This document shows positions 1-9,290 of a stretch of 64,000 bases of DNA, piece by piece (position 1 is the stretch's first letter; the number at the start of each line of letters is the position of its first letter). Position numbers and translations under genes: made by a program. The DNA lies in contig CAZXGV010000001.1 of assembly GCA_964640575.1 (NCBI GenBank), positions 6,815 to 70,814 of the forward strand, given 5' to 3'. The notes under the pieces are model-generated. The model saw only the letters and a program-made list of their open reading frames with translations. It ran no database searches and had not been told where the DNA came from. This DNA is from an uncultured Dysgonomonadaceae bacterium (GTDB taxonomy: Bacteria; Bacteroidota; Bacteroidia; Bacteroidales; Dysgonomonadaceae).

Positions 1-1178
1 TCTATCTCGTTTGCTGTGGGGGCGGTGTTGGTTACCACTGTGAGGTCGCTTGCTGTTTGCGTGCTGGTGTTCTTTTGTTCTGCCAACACTCCATTCAGCA
101 ACGAGCGGTATTTATAGCTTCGTCCACTTTCTGTTTGTTTTTGTTCTAATATGATTCTGTTTTTCTTTTGCTTCAACACCTCCAACGCTTCCTGGCTGTA
201 TGAGGGTGCAATTATTATTTCGAAAAACAATTTGTCTATCTCTTCTGCAACTTCTTTGTCTATTTCTCGGTTAGCGATAATTACTCCTCCAAATGCCGAT
301 ATTGGATCTCCTGCCAAAGCGTCTTTCCAAGCTTGTAGCATATCATTGCGCGAAGCCATGCCGCAGGCATTATTGTGTTTGATGATTGCAATAGAAGGTT
401 CTTCGAAGTCTACCATCAATTCTGTTGCAGCTTCTATATCAAGTAGGTTGTTGTATGATATTTCTTTACCATGTAGCTGTGTGAATACTTCAGTAATATC
501 TCCGTAGAAGTATCCTTCTTGATGGGGGTTCTCACCATATCTTAATTTTTTCCCTTCGCTGGCAACCACTCTAAAAGAGCTCAAATCATCCTTGTCAGTA
601 AAGTACGAAAATATAGCGCTATCATAAGCGGACGATACTCCGAATGCTTCCTTTGCAAACCACTTGCGGTCGCTCATATCTGAGTAGTTGTTCTTCTCTC
701 TCAATAAGTTGAGCAAAGCTCCGTATTGGTTCTTAGAAGCCACCATTAGAACGTCTTTGTAGTTCTTCGCCCCTGCCCGAATGAGAGATATACCGCCTAT
801 ATCAATCTTTTCTATTATTTCGTCGTGCGATGCATTTGAGTCCACGGTTTTTTCGAAAGGATAGAGATCAACAATAACCAAATCAATTGAAGGGATATCG
901 TATGATTTAACTATTTTCCTATCGGATTCGTTTTCTCGTCTGTACAAGATGCCCCCAAATATTTTTGGGTGTAATGTCTTCACTCTCCCACCCAAGATAG
1001 GCGGATAGCTTGTTACATCTTCTACACTCTCGCATTCATATCCAAGTTTTTCGATATACTCTTTTGTTCCTCCAGTAGATATAAATGAGACGTTTAGTTG
1101 GTCTAGCGTCGAAAGGATTTCATCCAACCCTCCTTTGTCATAGACGGAAATCAGGGCGTTACTTATTTTTCTTGACAT
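1..1178 (-). CDS. purH: bifunctional AICAR transformylase / IMP cyclohydrolase PurH, first ~392 codons (3' end lies beyond the window start)
   Basis: Absent from the ORF track because it runs off the window. Manual minus-strand translation from the ATG (complement of 1176-1178) gives MSRKISNALISVYDKGGLDEI..STGGT..GGRVKTLHPKIFGGIL..DLVIVDLYPF..GGISLIRAGAKN (IMP cyclohydrolase domain). It continues with YGENPHQ..SYNNLLD..IIKHNNACG (AICAR transformylase domain). The frame stays open to position 1. Confidence 0.9.
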   Translation of the reverse strand, partial: MSRKISNALISVYDKGGLDEILSTLDQLNVSFISTGGTKEYIEKLGYECESVEDVTSYPPILGGRVKTLHPKIFGGILYRRENESDRKIVKSYDIPSIDLVIVDLYPFEKTVDSNASHDEIIEKIDIGGISLIRAGAKNYKDVLMVASKNQYGALLNLLREKNNYSDMSDRKWFAKEAFGVSSAYDSAIFSYFTDKDDLSSFRVVASEGKKLRYGENPHQEGYFYGDITEVFTQLHGKEISYNNLLDIEAATELMVDFEEPSIAIIKHNNACGMASRNDMLQAWKDALAGDPISAFGGVIIANREIDKEVAEEIDKLFFEIIIAPSYSQEALEVLKQKKNRIILEQKQTESGRSYKYRSLLNGVLAEQKNTSTQTASDLTVVTNTAPTANEI

Positions 1179-1206
1179 AAATAGTTTCAAAAGTTTTAGA
1201 AAGATA

Positions 1207-1214
1207 CAAAGGTA
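1207..1214 (-). promoter_or_regulatory. candidate Bacteroidota -7 promoter box for purH
   Basis: The plus strand reads CAAAGGTA, which is TACCTTTG on the minus strand and matches TAnnTTTG. It lies about 30 nt upstream of the purH ATG. Confidence 0.35.
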
Positions 1215-1402
1215 TAAAATCTATCTCTATTTTGCGGGTGGGAAGCAATAAGAATTAGAAAAAAATTGTAAGAAGACAAAATCTATAAGTCTCTTTCTTA
1301 GAAAGAAGAAGAGGTGCTGAGGTTTTTGTCATATACAGCCTTCTCGCAAAACAAAAATGAGATGGTTTTGCGCCGTTCTGTTATGTTTTAAGCTGTAAGG
1401 AT

Positions 1403-1435
1403 AAAAAAGTCCTGAGTTTTATCACAACCCAGGAC
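1403..1435 (-). terminator. rho-independent terminator after the glucokinase gene
   Basis: The minus strand reads GTCCTGG..13 nt..TCAGGAC followed by TTTTTT, about 35 nt after the stop at 1471. Confidence 0.55.
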
Positions 1436-1470
1436 CTTCATGCAATGGTTGTAAAACCATTTTTATTCTA

Positions 1471-2439
1471 TTATCTTACTTCCCATCCAAGAGCACTTGC
1501 TCCAAGAACAGCTGCGTCACTCTCTTTTAGTTGAGAAAACAGCAACTTCACTTTGTCTTTATAGATAGTAAGAAGATTATTTTCCATACTTTCCCTAATG
1601 GGGTTCATAATGAGATCTCCGGCTTTTGCCAGTCCACCAAACAAGATAATAGCTTCGGGACTAGAAAATGCTATGAAGTCAGCGAATGCTTCTCCTAAAA
1701 TGTGTCCTGTAAACTCAAAAACTTCTTTAGCTAACTCATCTCCTTCCATCGCAGCATCAAAAACATCTTTTGATGTTATGCTCTCAATAGGAATGGTGCG
1801 TAGTCGTGAGTTTACATTGGGTCTCATGTCTAGATATTCGCGTGCAGTTCTTGCTAACCCTGTAGCAGAGCTGTATGCTTCTAAACAGCCTGCACGGCCA
1901 CAACCACAAAGTCTGCCGTTATTGCGACGCATAATTACGTGTCCTAATTCTCCTGCAAAACCATCATGTCCATATACTAACTCTCCATTCACAACAATAC
2001 CACTTCCAACCCCTGTTCCTAAGGTAACAACAATGAAATCTTTCATCCCTTTAGCACAACCATATGTCATTTCACCAATAGCGGCTGCATTAGCATCGTT
2101 TGTTAGTGCTATTGGAATTCCTATTCTTTTTTCCAACATTTCCACAAAGGGTATTACACCTTTCCATCGCAAGTTAGGTGCAAATTCGATGCTACCAGTA
2201 AAGTAGTTCCCATTTGGTGCACCCACTCCAATACCTTTAATATCTTCTTTAGAGCCAACTTCCTCTATAAGATTTTCAAGGGCTACTGAAAGTTCATCTA
2301 AGAAATCTTCTATTTCAGCATGCTTAGCTGTTAGGATACTTCCGCTTTTTAAAATTTGTCCTCGTTTATCAACGATACCGAAAACAGTGTTGGTTCCGCC
2401 TACATCTACGCCTATCGCATAGGGTTTATCAGTCATCAT
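1471..2439 (-). CDS. ROK-family glucokinase
   Basis: ORF 1471..2547. Motifs are AIGVDVGGTN (ATP-binding), GFAGELGH and the ROK zinc motif CGCGRAGCLE. I prefer the start at MMTDKPYAIG (2439) because the 36 upstream codons look like non-coding read-through. Confidence 0.85.
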   Translation of the reverse strand: MMTDKPYAIGVDVGGTNTVFGIVDKRGQILKSGSILTAKHAEIEDFLDELSVALENLIEEVGSKEDIKGIGVGAPNGNYFTGSIEFAPNLRWKGVIPFVEMLEKRIGIPIALTNDANAAAIGEMTYGCAKGMKDFIVVTLGTGVGSGIVVNGELVYGHDGFAGELGHVIMRRNNGRLCGCGRAGCLEAYSSATGLARTAREYLDMRPNVNSRLRTIPIESITSKDVFDAAMEGDELAKEVFEFTGHILGEAFADFIAFSSPEAIILFGGLAKAGDLIMNPIRESMENNLLTIYKDKVKLLFSQLKESDAAVLGASALGWEVR

Positions 2440-2744
2440 GTTTTTAGTTTTATAAATTATGCAACTTGATCTATTTGTAAAGGCAAATATACTGAAATTT
2501 TGATAAAACTGTTCTGTTAAACCATTTATATTTGGGACTATGTTCAAATGCGTTATGCTTTACTTGATTTTAATGGTATGTATCCTTAGTTCATTGTTGA
2601 ATAATCATGTTTTCTAATCTCTTTTTTTTAATCTATCTTTAATTCTTTTGTTTACTTGATTTTAACACGTCGTATAATAGTGTTTTTGGATTTATCCACT
2701 ATATTTGTTCTCTAATAGATTAACCATTAAGATTAAAACAGATT

Positions 2745-3515
2745 ATGAAATTTAAAAACTTACTTGTTATTGCACTTCTAGTAGCCGGCTTTCACTTACA
2801 AGCTCAAACACAAACTATCGCTCATCGAGGGTTTTGGAAAACAGAAGGTTCGGCTCAAAACTCTTTGACAGCACTTAAGAAAGCTAATGAAATTAAGGCT
2901 TATGGCTCGGAGTTGGATATATGGCTCTCTTCTGATGGAATTCCAGTAGTGAATCATGATGCACACGTAACATTAAATGGAGAAAAATTGATTGTTCAAG
3001 ATACTCCAGCAAGCGTTCTAACACAGGTGAAATTGAAAAACGGTGAGAATCTTCCTACACTTGAAGATTATTTAGACACTTTCGAAGATTGTCATGATAC
3101 AAAGCTTATTATAGAGTTTAAGAGTCATAGGACAAAATACCAGGAAGATGAATTAGCTGAAAAGGTATTGAAAATGATTCGTGATAGAAAGTTGCAAAAT
3201 CGAGTTGAGTATATTTCTTTTAGTTTAAACTTTGTAGTTAAGACTATACAATTGGATCCTTTAGCTTATGTATACTATCTCAGCGGAAATCTTTCTCCTG
3301 GATTCATAAAGCAAATCGGTGCAGCGGGCATAGATTACAATGTTCGTGTCATAAAAGACAATCCTCAATGGGTAAAAGAATCACATGATTTAGGTCTAAA
3401 AGTAAATGTTTGGACTGTTAATAAGCCAGAAGATATTCAACAAATGATTGACTTAAATGTCGATTTTATTACAACAGATGAACCTCTTTTGGTTCAAGAG
3501 ATGTTGAAGAAATAG
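2745..3515 (+). CDS. secreted glycerophosphodiester phosphodiesterase (GDPD family)
   Basis: The N-terminal signal peptide is MKFKNLLVIALLVAGFHLQAQ. GDPD motifs are IAHRGFW, QNSLTAL, GSELDIW and VVNHD. Confidence 0.8.
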   Translation: MKFKNLLVIALLVAGFHLQAQTQTIAHRGFWKTEGSAQNSLTALKKANEIKAYGSELDIWLSSDGIPVVNHDAHVTLNGEKLIVQDTPASVLTQVKLKNGENLPTLEDYLDTFEDCHDTKLIIEFKSHRTKYQEDELAEKVLKMIRDRKLQNRVEYISFSLNFVVKTIQLDPLAYVYYLSGNLSPGFIKQIGAAGIDYNVRVIKDNPQWVKESHDLGLKVNVWTVNKPEDIQQMIDLNVDFITTDEPLLVQEMLKK

Positions 3516-3523
3516 AGTTAACT

Positions 3524-3958
3524 ATGGATTTAAGAGAACAACTTTCTCATGCAATATACTTAGCTATCAAAGCTCATGGCAATCAGGTTGATAAAAATAG
3601 ACAACCCTACATTGGGCATTCTTTTAGGGTGATGAATGCAGGTCAGACATTGGAAGAGAAAATAGTTGGAGTATTACACGATGTGGTTGAGGATACTCGC
3701 TTAAATATAATAAATCTCACTGATGAAGGTTTTTCAGAAGTAATAATTGATGCAGTCCACACTCTGACTAAGCTTGAGAATGAAGATTACAATCATTACA
3801 TTGGCCGTGTTATGAGTAATGATTTAGCAATACGAGTTAAATTGAATGATTTGACAGACAATATGGATTTGCGGAGATTGCAAGAACTTACGGATGAAGA
3901 TGTTGAACGTATGCGTAAATATTTAGATGCATATAATCAACTTACCAATAAAGTCTAA
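3524..3958 (+). CDS. small HD-domain protein, RelA/SpoT-type (p)ppGpp hydrolase-like (small alarmone hydrolase candidate)
   Basis: 144 aa. The pattern A.KAHGNQ.DK...PYIGH..V....LHDVVEDT...GFS..V..AV..LTK matches the hydrolase half of RelA/SpoT and Mesh1. There is no synthetase domain. Confidence 0.6.
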   Translation: MDLREQLSHAIYLAIKAHGNQVDKNRQPYIGHSFRVMNAGQTLEEKIVGVLHDVVEDTRLNIINLTDEGFSEVIIDAVHTLTKLENEDYNHYIGRVMSNDLAIRVKLNDLTDNMDLRRLQELTDEDVERMRKYLDAYNQLTNKV

Positions 3959-5099
3959 AACTCCTATTCATTTGGCAGGTATATACATACATGTTCCTTT
4001 TTGCAAATCGCGTTGCATCTATTGCGACTACTTCACTTCAACCAATGAAGCCGAGATGGACAAATTAGTCCAAGCTCTCTGTAGAGAAATACTTTGTAGA
4101 AAGGATGAGTTGGCGAATGATAAAATAAAAACAATCTATTTTGGAGGAGGAACACCCTCACGTTTGCAGCAAAGTCATTTCGACCTCATATTTGATACTA
4201 TCCATGCCAATTATACTTTAGATACAGAGATAGAAATAACAATTGAAACAAATCCCGATGATTTATCACATGAATATGTAGATATGCTTCGGGGTTTACC
4301 TTTCAATAGAATAAGCATTGGAATTCAAAGTTTTAATGATCGTGAATTAAAATTCCTTAGCCGCAGACATAATGCTGCTAGAGCTAAGGAGGCTGTCAAA
4401 TATTGTCAAGATAAGGGCTTCAATAATATAAATATCGATTTAATGTATGGTTTGCCAAAGCAAACTGTAGTTATTTGGGAACACAGCCTGCAAGAAGCAC
4501 TTGAATTGGATATTCAGCACATATCAGCATATCATTTAATATATGAAGATAAAACACGACTATACTCTTTATTACAAGCAGGGAAAGTAAATCCACTTGA
4601 TGAGGACAGCAGCTTGGAGATGTTCGAAATACTTATCAATACTCTAACTCAAGCTGGTTTTGTGCATTACGAAGTTTCAAACTTTGCAAAGCCTGGACTC
4701 ATATCACAACACAACTCGTCTTATTGGACAGGTGAAAAGTATTTGGGTTTTGGTCCTGCTGCACATTCATTTGACGGTGAACATCGATGGTGGAATGTGT
4801 CATCCTTGCCGAAGTATATAAAAGGTGTCAATAGCTCGAAGCCTGATATCGAAATGGAAGAGATAGATATTACAACAAAATATAATGAGTATGTTATAAC
4901 AGGTTTGCGCACAATGTGGGGAGTCAACTCAGAAGAACTGAAGATAAAATTCGGAGACGAACTATATGACTATTTCGCAAAGAACGCTCAGAAATATTTC
5001 AACCTCAATTATCTGAAGAAAAAGGACTCCAATGTTACTCTTACGAACAAAGGGGTATTTATATCGGATGGAATTGTAAGTGACTTAATGAAGGTTTAG
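3927..5099 (+). CDS. hemW: radical SAM HemN-like protein (HemW-type heme chaperone / coproporphyrinogen III oxidase-like)
   Basis: The CxxxCxxC radical SAM motif is IYIHVPFCKSRCIYCDY, followed by GGGTPS and a HemN C-terminal-like domain. It overlaps the preceding gene by 32 nt. Confidence 0.85.
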   Translation: MHIINLPIKSKTPIHLAGIYIHVPFCKSRCIYCDYFTSTNEAEMDKLVQALCREILCRKDELANDKIKTIYFGGGTPSRLQQSHFDLIFDTIHANYTLDTEIEITIETNPDDLSHEYVDMLRGLPFNRISIGIQSFNDRELKFLSRRHNAARAKEAVKYCQDKGFNNINIDLMYGLPKQTVVIWEHSLQEALELDIQHISAYHLIYEDKTRLYSLLQAGKVNPLDEDSSLEMFEILINTLTQAGFVHYEVSNFAKPGLISQHNSSYWTGEKYLGFGPAAHSFDGEHRWWNVSSLPKYIKGVNSSKPDIEMEEIDITTKYNEYVITGLRTMWGVNSEELKIKFGDELYDYFAKNAQKYFNLNYLKKKDSNVTLTNKGVFISDGIVSDLMKV

Positions 5100-7315
5100 T
5101 TGTTAAGATTAACAGATATTCCTAATTTAAGCAACATGGGATTATGTGGATAGTCGGGCAGTGAGAAATAATTAGGCTTCATCACTAACTCAGCTATGTT
5201 GTACATCATCACAAAAAATCTAGTTTGTTTTAAATGCATGTTTGCATATCCCGTAACTATGGGATAGTTTCCAATCTTCTTCGACCGTTGATTATAAAAC
5301 TGCAACAAAGCAGCCTCATACCCTGGCGAGTAATACTTTGTATGAAAGTGTGCATCTAGTCCTAATTGCAATGTTAACTCATCGGCAATTTTAGTTCTTA
5401 AAAACATATTTGAATAAGCACTTAAAATAGGGACAGGGATTGCATGTTTATTGCTCGATGTTTGATATACAACAGAGTTGTTCCAATTGAATATTCCAGC
5501 TTTAAAAAACTGATCAAGTCGGGCAGAAACTATTTGAATATTATCACTTTCCTGAAAAGGCAGTTTGTTTTGATCAAAATATATAAAGTTTTGTATGTTT
5601 TCCACCCCTGCGCTTAGTGTTGTGTTAGTAAAAGGGATAAACATTTTCCCACCAACATATACCCTTCTTATGTCATTAAAGTCATTGTTCCACCAGAAGT
5701 ATTTAGAGTGATACTGTTGCTCTAAAAACTTTGGCTTTAAATTTTTGATATATGCCTGTCCACTCAAAGTTGTTTCCTTACCTGCAATATCTATCGTGGT
5801 TTCCACATCTCCTTCCAGTCTGAACTCTCCAATATTGTCGCCCAATACACCTAAATCTGCTTTTGCATTGAAGCGAAGATATTTGCCTTGCTGTTTGCTC
5901 AAAACACCACCGATTGTCGTTGCCTGTTCTCTATGTTTATAGCGTCCCTCACCAATTGTGTCAAGCAAATTAAAGTTACGTGTCTCGTGTTCAATAAGGA
6001 CTGTGAGACCAAATTTCACCCAATCTCTAAATCCTTCACGCATCGAAAGTGCCAAAGTATTTTTTAATGTGCTAAATCGAGTACTATCGTCTGGTGCTGA
6101 ACTGTAATATCTATTTTTATATAGCGTGTCAATTCTTTGAACTGCGTTTCCATTGGGTAGCGTGACACGAGCTGTATCATATGAAAGAAATCTTCTGTAC
6201 TGCTGTTTGAGTTGCGAAGTTAATATTACACTGGCTACTGGAACAAACTCCTTATAGCCTGGCTCAAGGCTTGGTTCGTTGTATCCCAAGTTATATCGAG
6301 CTGATAGATAAAACTGATCAGCTTTCATCCTATTCCATGTATTTTTGAATCGAGTGGGAATATCATGCGAATTAAAGCTTCGATCAATTAGTTCAGGATT
6401 TGTTATAAATGTTGAATCGGAGATTCCTCCGTTTTCAAAATTTGTCGCTGATAATTGTGAAATATAACCGTGTACTTCAATACGGTCACTTATATAATTT
6501 CCATAAGCTGTAAAATTATTTTGTTTTGCAGCCTGCGATGCATAAAACCCTTTGGCATTAATGAAATCAAGATCAAATCCAAAATTTAAATGACGATTGA
6601 AGTTCATTGTAAATCGTGTTTCAAATCGTTCTTCTTTATTAATGTTGCTTCCGGCGCGTTGATAGTTTATACGAGTGTAAGGTATACGAGTGTTGAAGAA
6701 TAGCTGTTTTTCAACATTCTTGTGATAAAGGTGATATGGGTCGTAAAACATAAAATGGCTGCCTTCTCCTCGCTCAAAGAAAAGTTTGGATATTGCAGGC
6801 GACCCTAAATTTCCGAGATATCCCATTGCTACAGATCCTCCATCAGATAAAGTTGTATGCTGATAGTTGTATAAAGTAGTGTCAGGTTTGGCTGTGTATC
6901 TTTCTCCAGTTCGTTCATCAATTTTCCATATATCAAAACGAGTATATTCTTTTAATGAGTCAATAGCTAATGGAGCGGGAACTGGTGGTCTAGCAGTCAC
7001 CGAGTCAGTGAGAAATGAGTCGGCGGTTAACGAATCAGTAACCAATGAGTCGACAGCTAATGAGTCAGTAATTAATGAATCGACACTTAATGAGTCAGTA
7101 ATTAGTGAGTCAAGAGCTAATGAATCGACAGCCAAAGAATCTATCTTTTCAGATATCAATGTTTGGCTCATTTTTGCTCGCCTCTTAATGATATCCAAAG
7201 AATCTTTCTCTGTTGTAATCAATGAAGAATCGGGCATGATGATATGCGCATGTTGAGCAACCGATAAAGTCGCAAAGAGACTTAATAGACACAGTATATA
7301 CAGTTTTCCTTTCAT
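5096..7315 (-). CDS. outer-membrane putative porin-family beta-barrel protein with an N-terminal DSL pentapeptide repeat tract
   Basis: ORF 5096..7345. The likely start is MKGKLYILCLLSLFATLSVAQ (signal peptide, 7315). The C-terminal ~600 aa are rich in alternating aromatic and polar beta-strand pattern and end in ...LLKLGISVNLNN. This resembles the Bacteroidota putative-porin family. The family call is from memory only. Confidence 0.6.
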   Translation of the reverse strand: MKGKLYILCLLSLFATLSVAQHAHIIMPDSSLITTEKDSLDIIKRRAKMSQTLISEKIDSLAVDSLALDSLITDSLSVDSLITDSLAVDSLVTDSLTADSFLTDSVTARPPVPAPLAIDSLKEYTRFDIWKIDERTGERYTAKPDTTLYNYQHTTLSDGGSVAMGYLGNLGSPAISKLFFERGEGSHFMFYDPYHLYHKNVEKQLFFNTRIPYTRINYQRAGSNINKEERFETRFTMNFNRHLNFGFDLDFINAKGFYASQAAKQNNFTAYGNYISDRIEVHGYISQLSATNFENGGISDSTFITNPELIDRSFNSHDIPTRFKNTWNRMKADQFYLSARYNLGYNEPSLEPGYKEFVPVASVILTSQLKQQYRRFLSYDTARVTLPNGNAVQRIDTLYKNRYYSSAPDDSTRFSTLKNTLALSMREGFRDWVKFGLTVLIEHETRNFNLLDTIGEGRYKHREQATTIGGVLSKQQGKYLRFNAKADLGVLGDNIGEFRLEGDVETTIDIAGKETTLSGQAYIKNLKPKFLEQQYHSKYFWWNNDFNDIRRVYVGGKMFIPFTNTTLSAGVENIQNFIYFDQNKLPFQESDNIQIVSARLDQFFKAGIFNWNNSVVYQTSSNKHAIPVPILSAYSNMFLRTKIADELTLQLGLDAHFHTKYYSPGYEAALLQFYNQRSKKIGNYPIVTGYANMHLKQTRFFVMMYNIAELVMKPNYFSLPDYPHNPMLLKLGISVNLNN
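6995..7141 (-). repeat. about 10 tandem 15-nt repeats encoding (x)DSL(x) pentapeptides
   Basis: The protein segment is DSLAVDSLALDSLITDSLSVDSLITDSLAVDSLVTDSLTADSFLTDSVT. The plus-strand DNA shows reiterated aatgagtcagtaat-like units. Confidence 0.85.
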
Positions 7316-7595
7316 CGAATGCAAACTTACATAAAAAAAAGTCATTCATTTCTATGTTACTGTAATTTTATGCCGTTTTTCATAATATTTAGGTGTTACT
7401 GACTCTTTTATTTTCTCTAAAAATTAGTTTTAATAATTGATTGTTTGGTTGAGTTAATAGTGATTTTTGATTTTCTAGTGAGGTTTTATTTGCATATCTT
7501 TGCTTATGAGTCATGGCTTTAAGATTTTAGTTACATTTTAGCCGTGTAAATGAATATAAAGTGTTAATTATTTCTTTTCTAGTTATTATAATAAC

Positions 7596-9026
7596 ATGAG
7601 AGTATTTCAATTTAAAACAACAGGCGAAACCCGTCGCGAGCATGATTTTTTGGGTGACAAGGAAATCCCTGCAGAAGCCCTTTTTGGTATTCAAACGTTG
7701 CGCTGTGTCGAGAATTTCGATATAAGTCGTCAATTGTTGTCAGAATATCCTCAGTTTATAAAAGCTTTAGGATTGGTAAAGATGGGAGCAGTAAAAGCGA
7801 ATAACGAGCTTAATCTTGTTAGTGATGACATTACGAATGCTATTGTTTGTGCTTGCCAAGAACTGATAGATGGAAAGCATACAGAGCACTTTCCGGTTGA
7901 TTTAGTTCAAGGAGGTGCAGGTACAAGTGTAAACATGAATGCAAATGAGGTAATCGCTAATCGCGCTTTAGAGATAATGGGTAAAAAGAGAGGCGAATAT
8001 CAATTTTGTCATCCTAATGACCATGTCAACATGGCTCAATCTACCAACGATGCTTATCCAACTGCAATGCAGTTAGGTTTATATATGCTGCATGATGAAC
8101 TTAAGGAGTCGTTAGAAAAACTAATTGAATCTTTAGAAAAGAAGACCATCGAGTTTGCTGATATCATTAAAATGGGACGCACACAGTTACAAGATGCTGT
8201 CCCCATGACTTTGGGACAATCTTTTGGTGCTTATATGGATGCAATGAAGAGTGAGTTGAAACGACTCAATAGAGCTTCGAAAGACTTTCTTACTATCAAT
8301 ATGGGTGCTACGGCTATAGGTACTGGAATTACTTCTGAGCCAGGTTATGCTGAATTATGCACTCAATATATAAAGAATATCTCGGGTTGGGACATTAAGT
8401 TGGCTGATAATTTAATTGAAGCAACTCACGATACATCCTCTATGGTTGCCTACTCATCATCATTGAAAATGATAGCCTTAAGGTTGTCTAAAATATGCAA
8501 TGATCTTAGGTTGATGGCTTCAGGTCCAAGAGCGGGATTAGCAGAAATTAAGCTGCCACCAAGACAGCCAGGCTCTTCTATCATGCCAGGCAAAGTAAAT
8601 CCTGTGATACCAGAAGTGGTAAATCAAGTATGTTTTAAAGTTATTGGAAATGATTTAACTGTTTCGCTTGCTTCTGAAGCAGCTCAACTTGAATTGAATG
8701 TGATGGAACCAGTATTGATACAAAGTATTATTGAATCTAGTACATGGTTGAAGCGTGCTTTCGATATTTTACGTAGTGGGTGTATTGAGGGCATTGTCGC
8801 CAACAAAGAACACTGTCGAGACATGGTTGAGCAATCAATTGGAATTGTAACGGCGCTCAAACCATTTATTGGGTATGCTAATAGTGCTGAGATTGCACAA
8901 GAAGCATTAAGAAGTGGAGGAAGCGTCTATCAGTTAGTACTTGATAAAAAGTTGTTGACCAAAGAGCAATTGGATAAGATTTTAGACCCAAAACATATGA
9001 TTCGTCCGTTTAAGGTTGAAATATGA
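7596..9026 (+). CDS. aspA: aspartate ammonia-lyase
   Basis: 476 aa and colinear with E. coli AspA as I recall it. Motifs include GGAGTSVNMNANEV, QSTNDAYPT, KMGRTQLQDAVPMTLGQ, the fumarate-lyase signature GSSIMPGKVNP and PEVVNQVCFKVIGND. Confidence 0.92.
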   Translation: MRVFQFKTTGETRREHDFLGDKEIPAEALFGIQTLRCVENFDISRQLLSEYPQFIKALGLVKMGAVKANNELNLVSDDITNAIVCACQELIDGKHTEHFPVDLVQGGAGTSVNMNANEVIANRALEIMGKKRGEYQFCHPNDHVNMAQSTNDAYPTAMQLGLYMLHDELKESLEKLIESLEKKTIEFADIIKMGRTQLQDAVPMTLGQSFGAYMDAMKSELKRLNRASKDFLTINMGATAIGTGITSEPGYAELCTQYIKNISGWDIKLADNLIEATHDTSSMVAYSSSLKMIALRLSKICNDLRLMASGPRAGLAEIKLPPRQPGSSIMPGKVNPVIPEVVNQVCFKVIGNDLTVSLASEAAQLELNVMEPVLIQSIIESSTWLKRAFDILRSGCIEGIVANKEHCRDMVEQSIGIVTALKPFIGYANSAEIAQEALRSGGSVYQLVLDKKLLTKEQLDKILDPKHMIRPFKVEI

Positions 9027-9095
9027 TTTCATCATTAGAAAATGTTTATAATAAAACTTTTTGCAGTTTTATTGTGTGTATTTTAAATAATTGTA

Positions 9096-9103
9096 TATCT
9101 TTG
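9096..9103 (+). promoter_or_regulatory. candidate -7 promoter box of the his operon
   Basis: TATCTTTG matches TAnnTTTG and lies 20 nt upstream of the leader-peptide ATG. Confidence 0.35.
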
Positions 9104-9122
9104 TTGTCATAATAGCTAAAAA

Positions 9123-9185
9123 ATGAAACTAAACAGACTACATCATCATCTATTTCACACTTGCAATCAGGCGAGCGGAAATTGA
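9123..9185 (+). CDS. candidate histidine operon leader peptide (20 aa, MKLNRLHHHLFHTCNQASGN)
   Basis: Found by eye, as it is too short for the ORF track. ATG at 9123 and TGA at 9183-9185. Three consecutive CAT codons sit at 9141-9149, with a fourth His (CAC) at 9156. It lies between the promoter box and an intrinsic terminator directly upstream of hisG. Confidence 0.5.
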   Translation: MKLNRLHHHLFHTCNQASGN

Positions 9186-9217
9186 TGTATGTATAACTGT
9201 ATATAATATATTTAAAC

Positions 9218-9246
9218 CCCGTCTGAATAATATCAGGCGGGTTTTT
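9218..9246 (+). terminator. attenuator terminator upstream of hisG
   Basis: CCCGTCTGA (9218-9226), a 6-nt loop, TCAGGCGGG (9233-9241, one G-U pair), then TTTTT (9242-9246). The 3' arm sequence ATCAGGCG is duplicated at 9166-9173 inside the leader ORF, which gives an alternative antiterminator pairing with 9220-9226. Confidence 0.6.
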
Positions 9247-9290
9247 GCTTTAAATCCCCTTTTATTCAGACACAACAACAATAAAAAAAG

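Noticed and set aside
151-507. The 118-aa plus-strand ORF at the window start
   Set aside because: It lies antisense within purH, whose minus-strand translation carries unmistakable PurH motifs.
1598-2206. The 202-aa plus-strand ORF inside the glucokinase gene
   Set aside because: It is antisense to a motif-rich ROK kinase gene, and its translation is low complexity (SP-rich).
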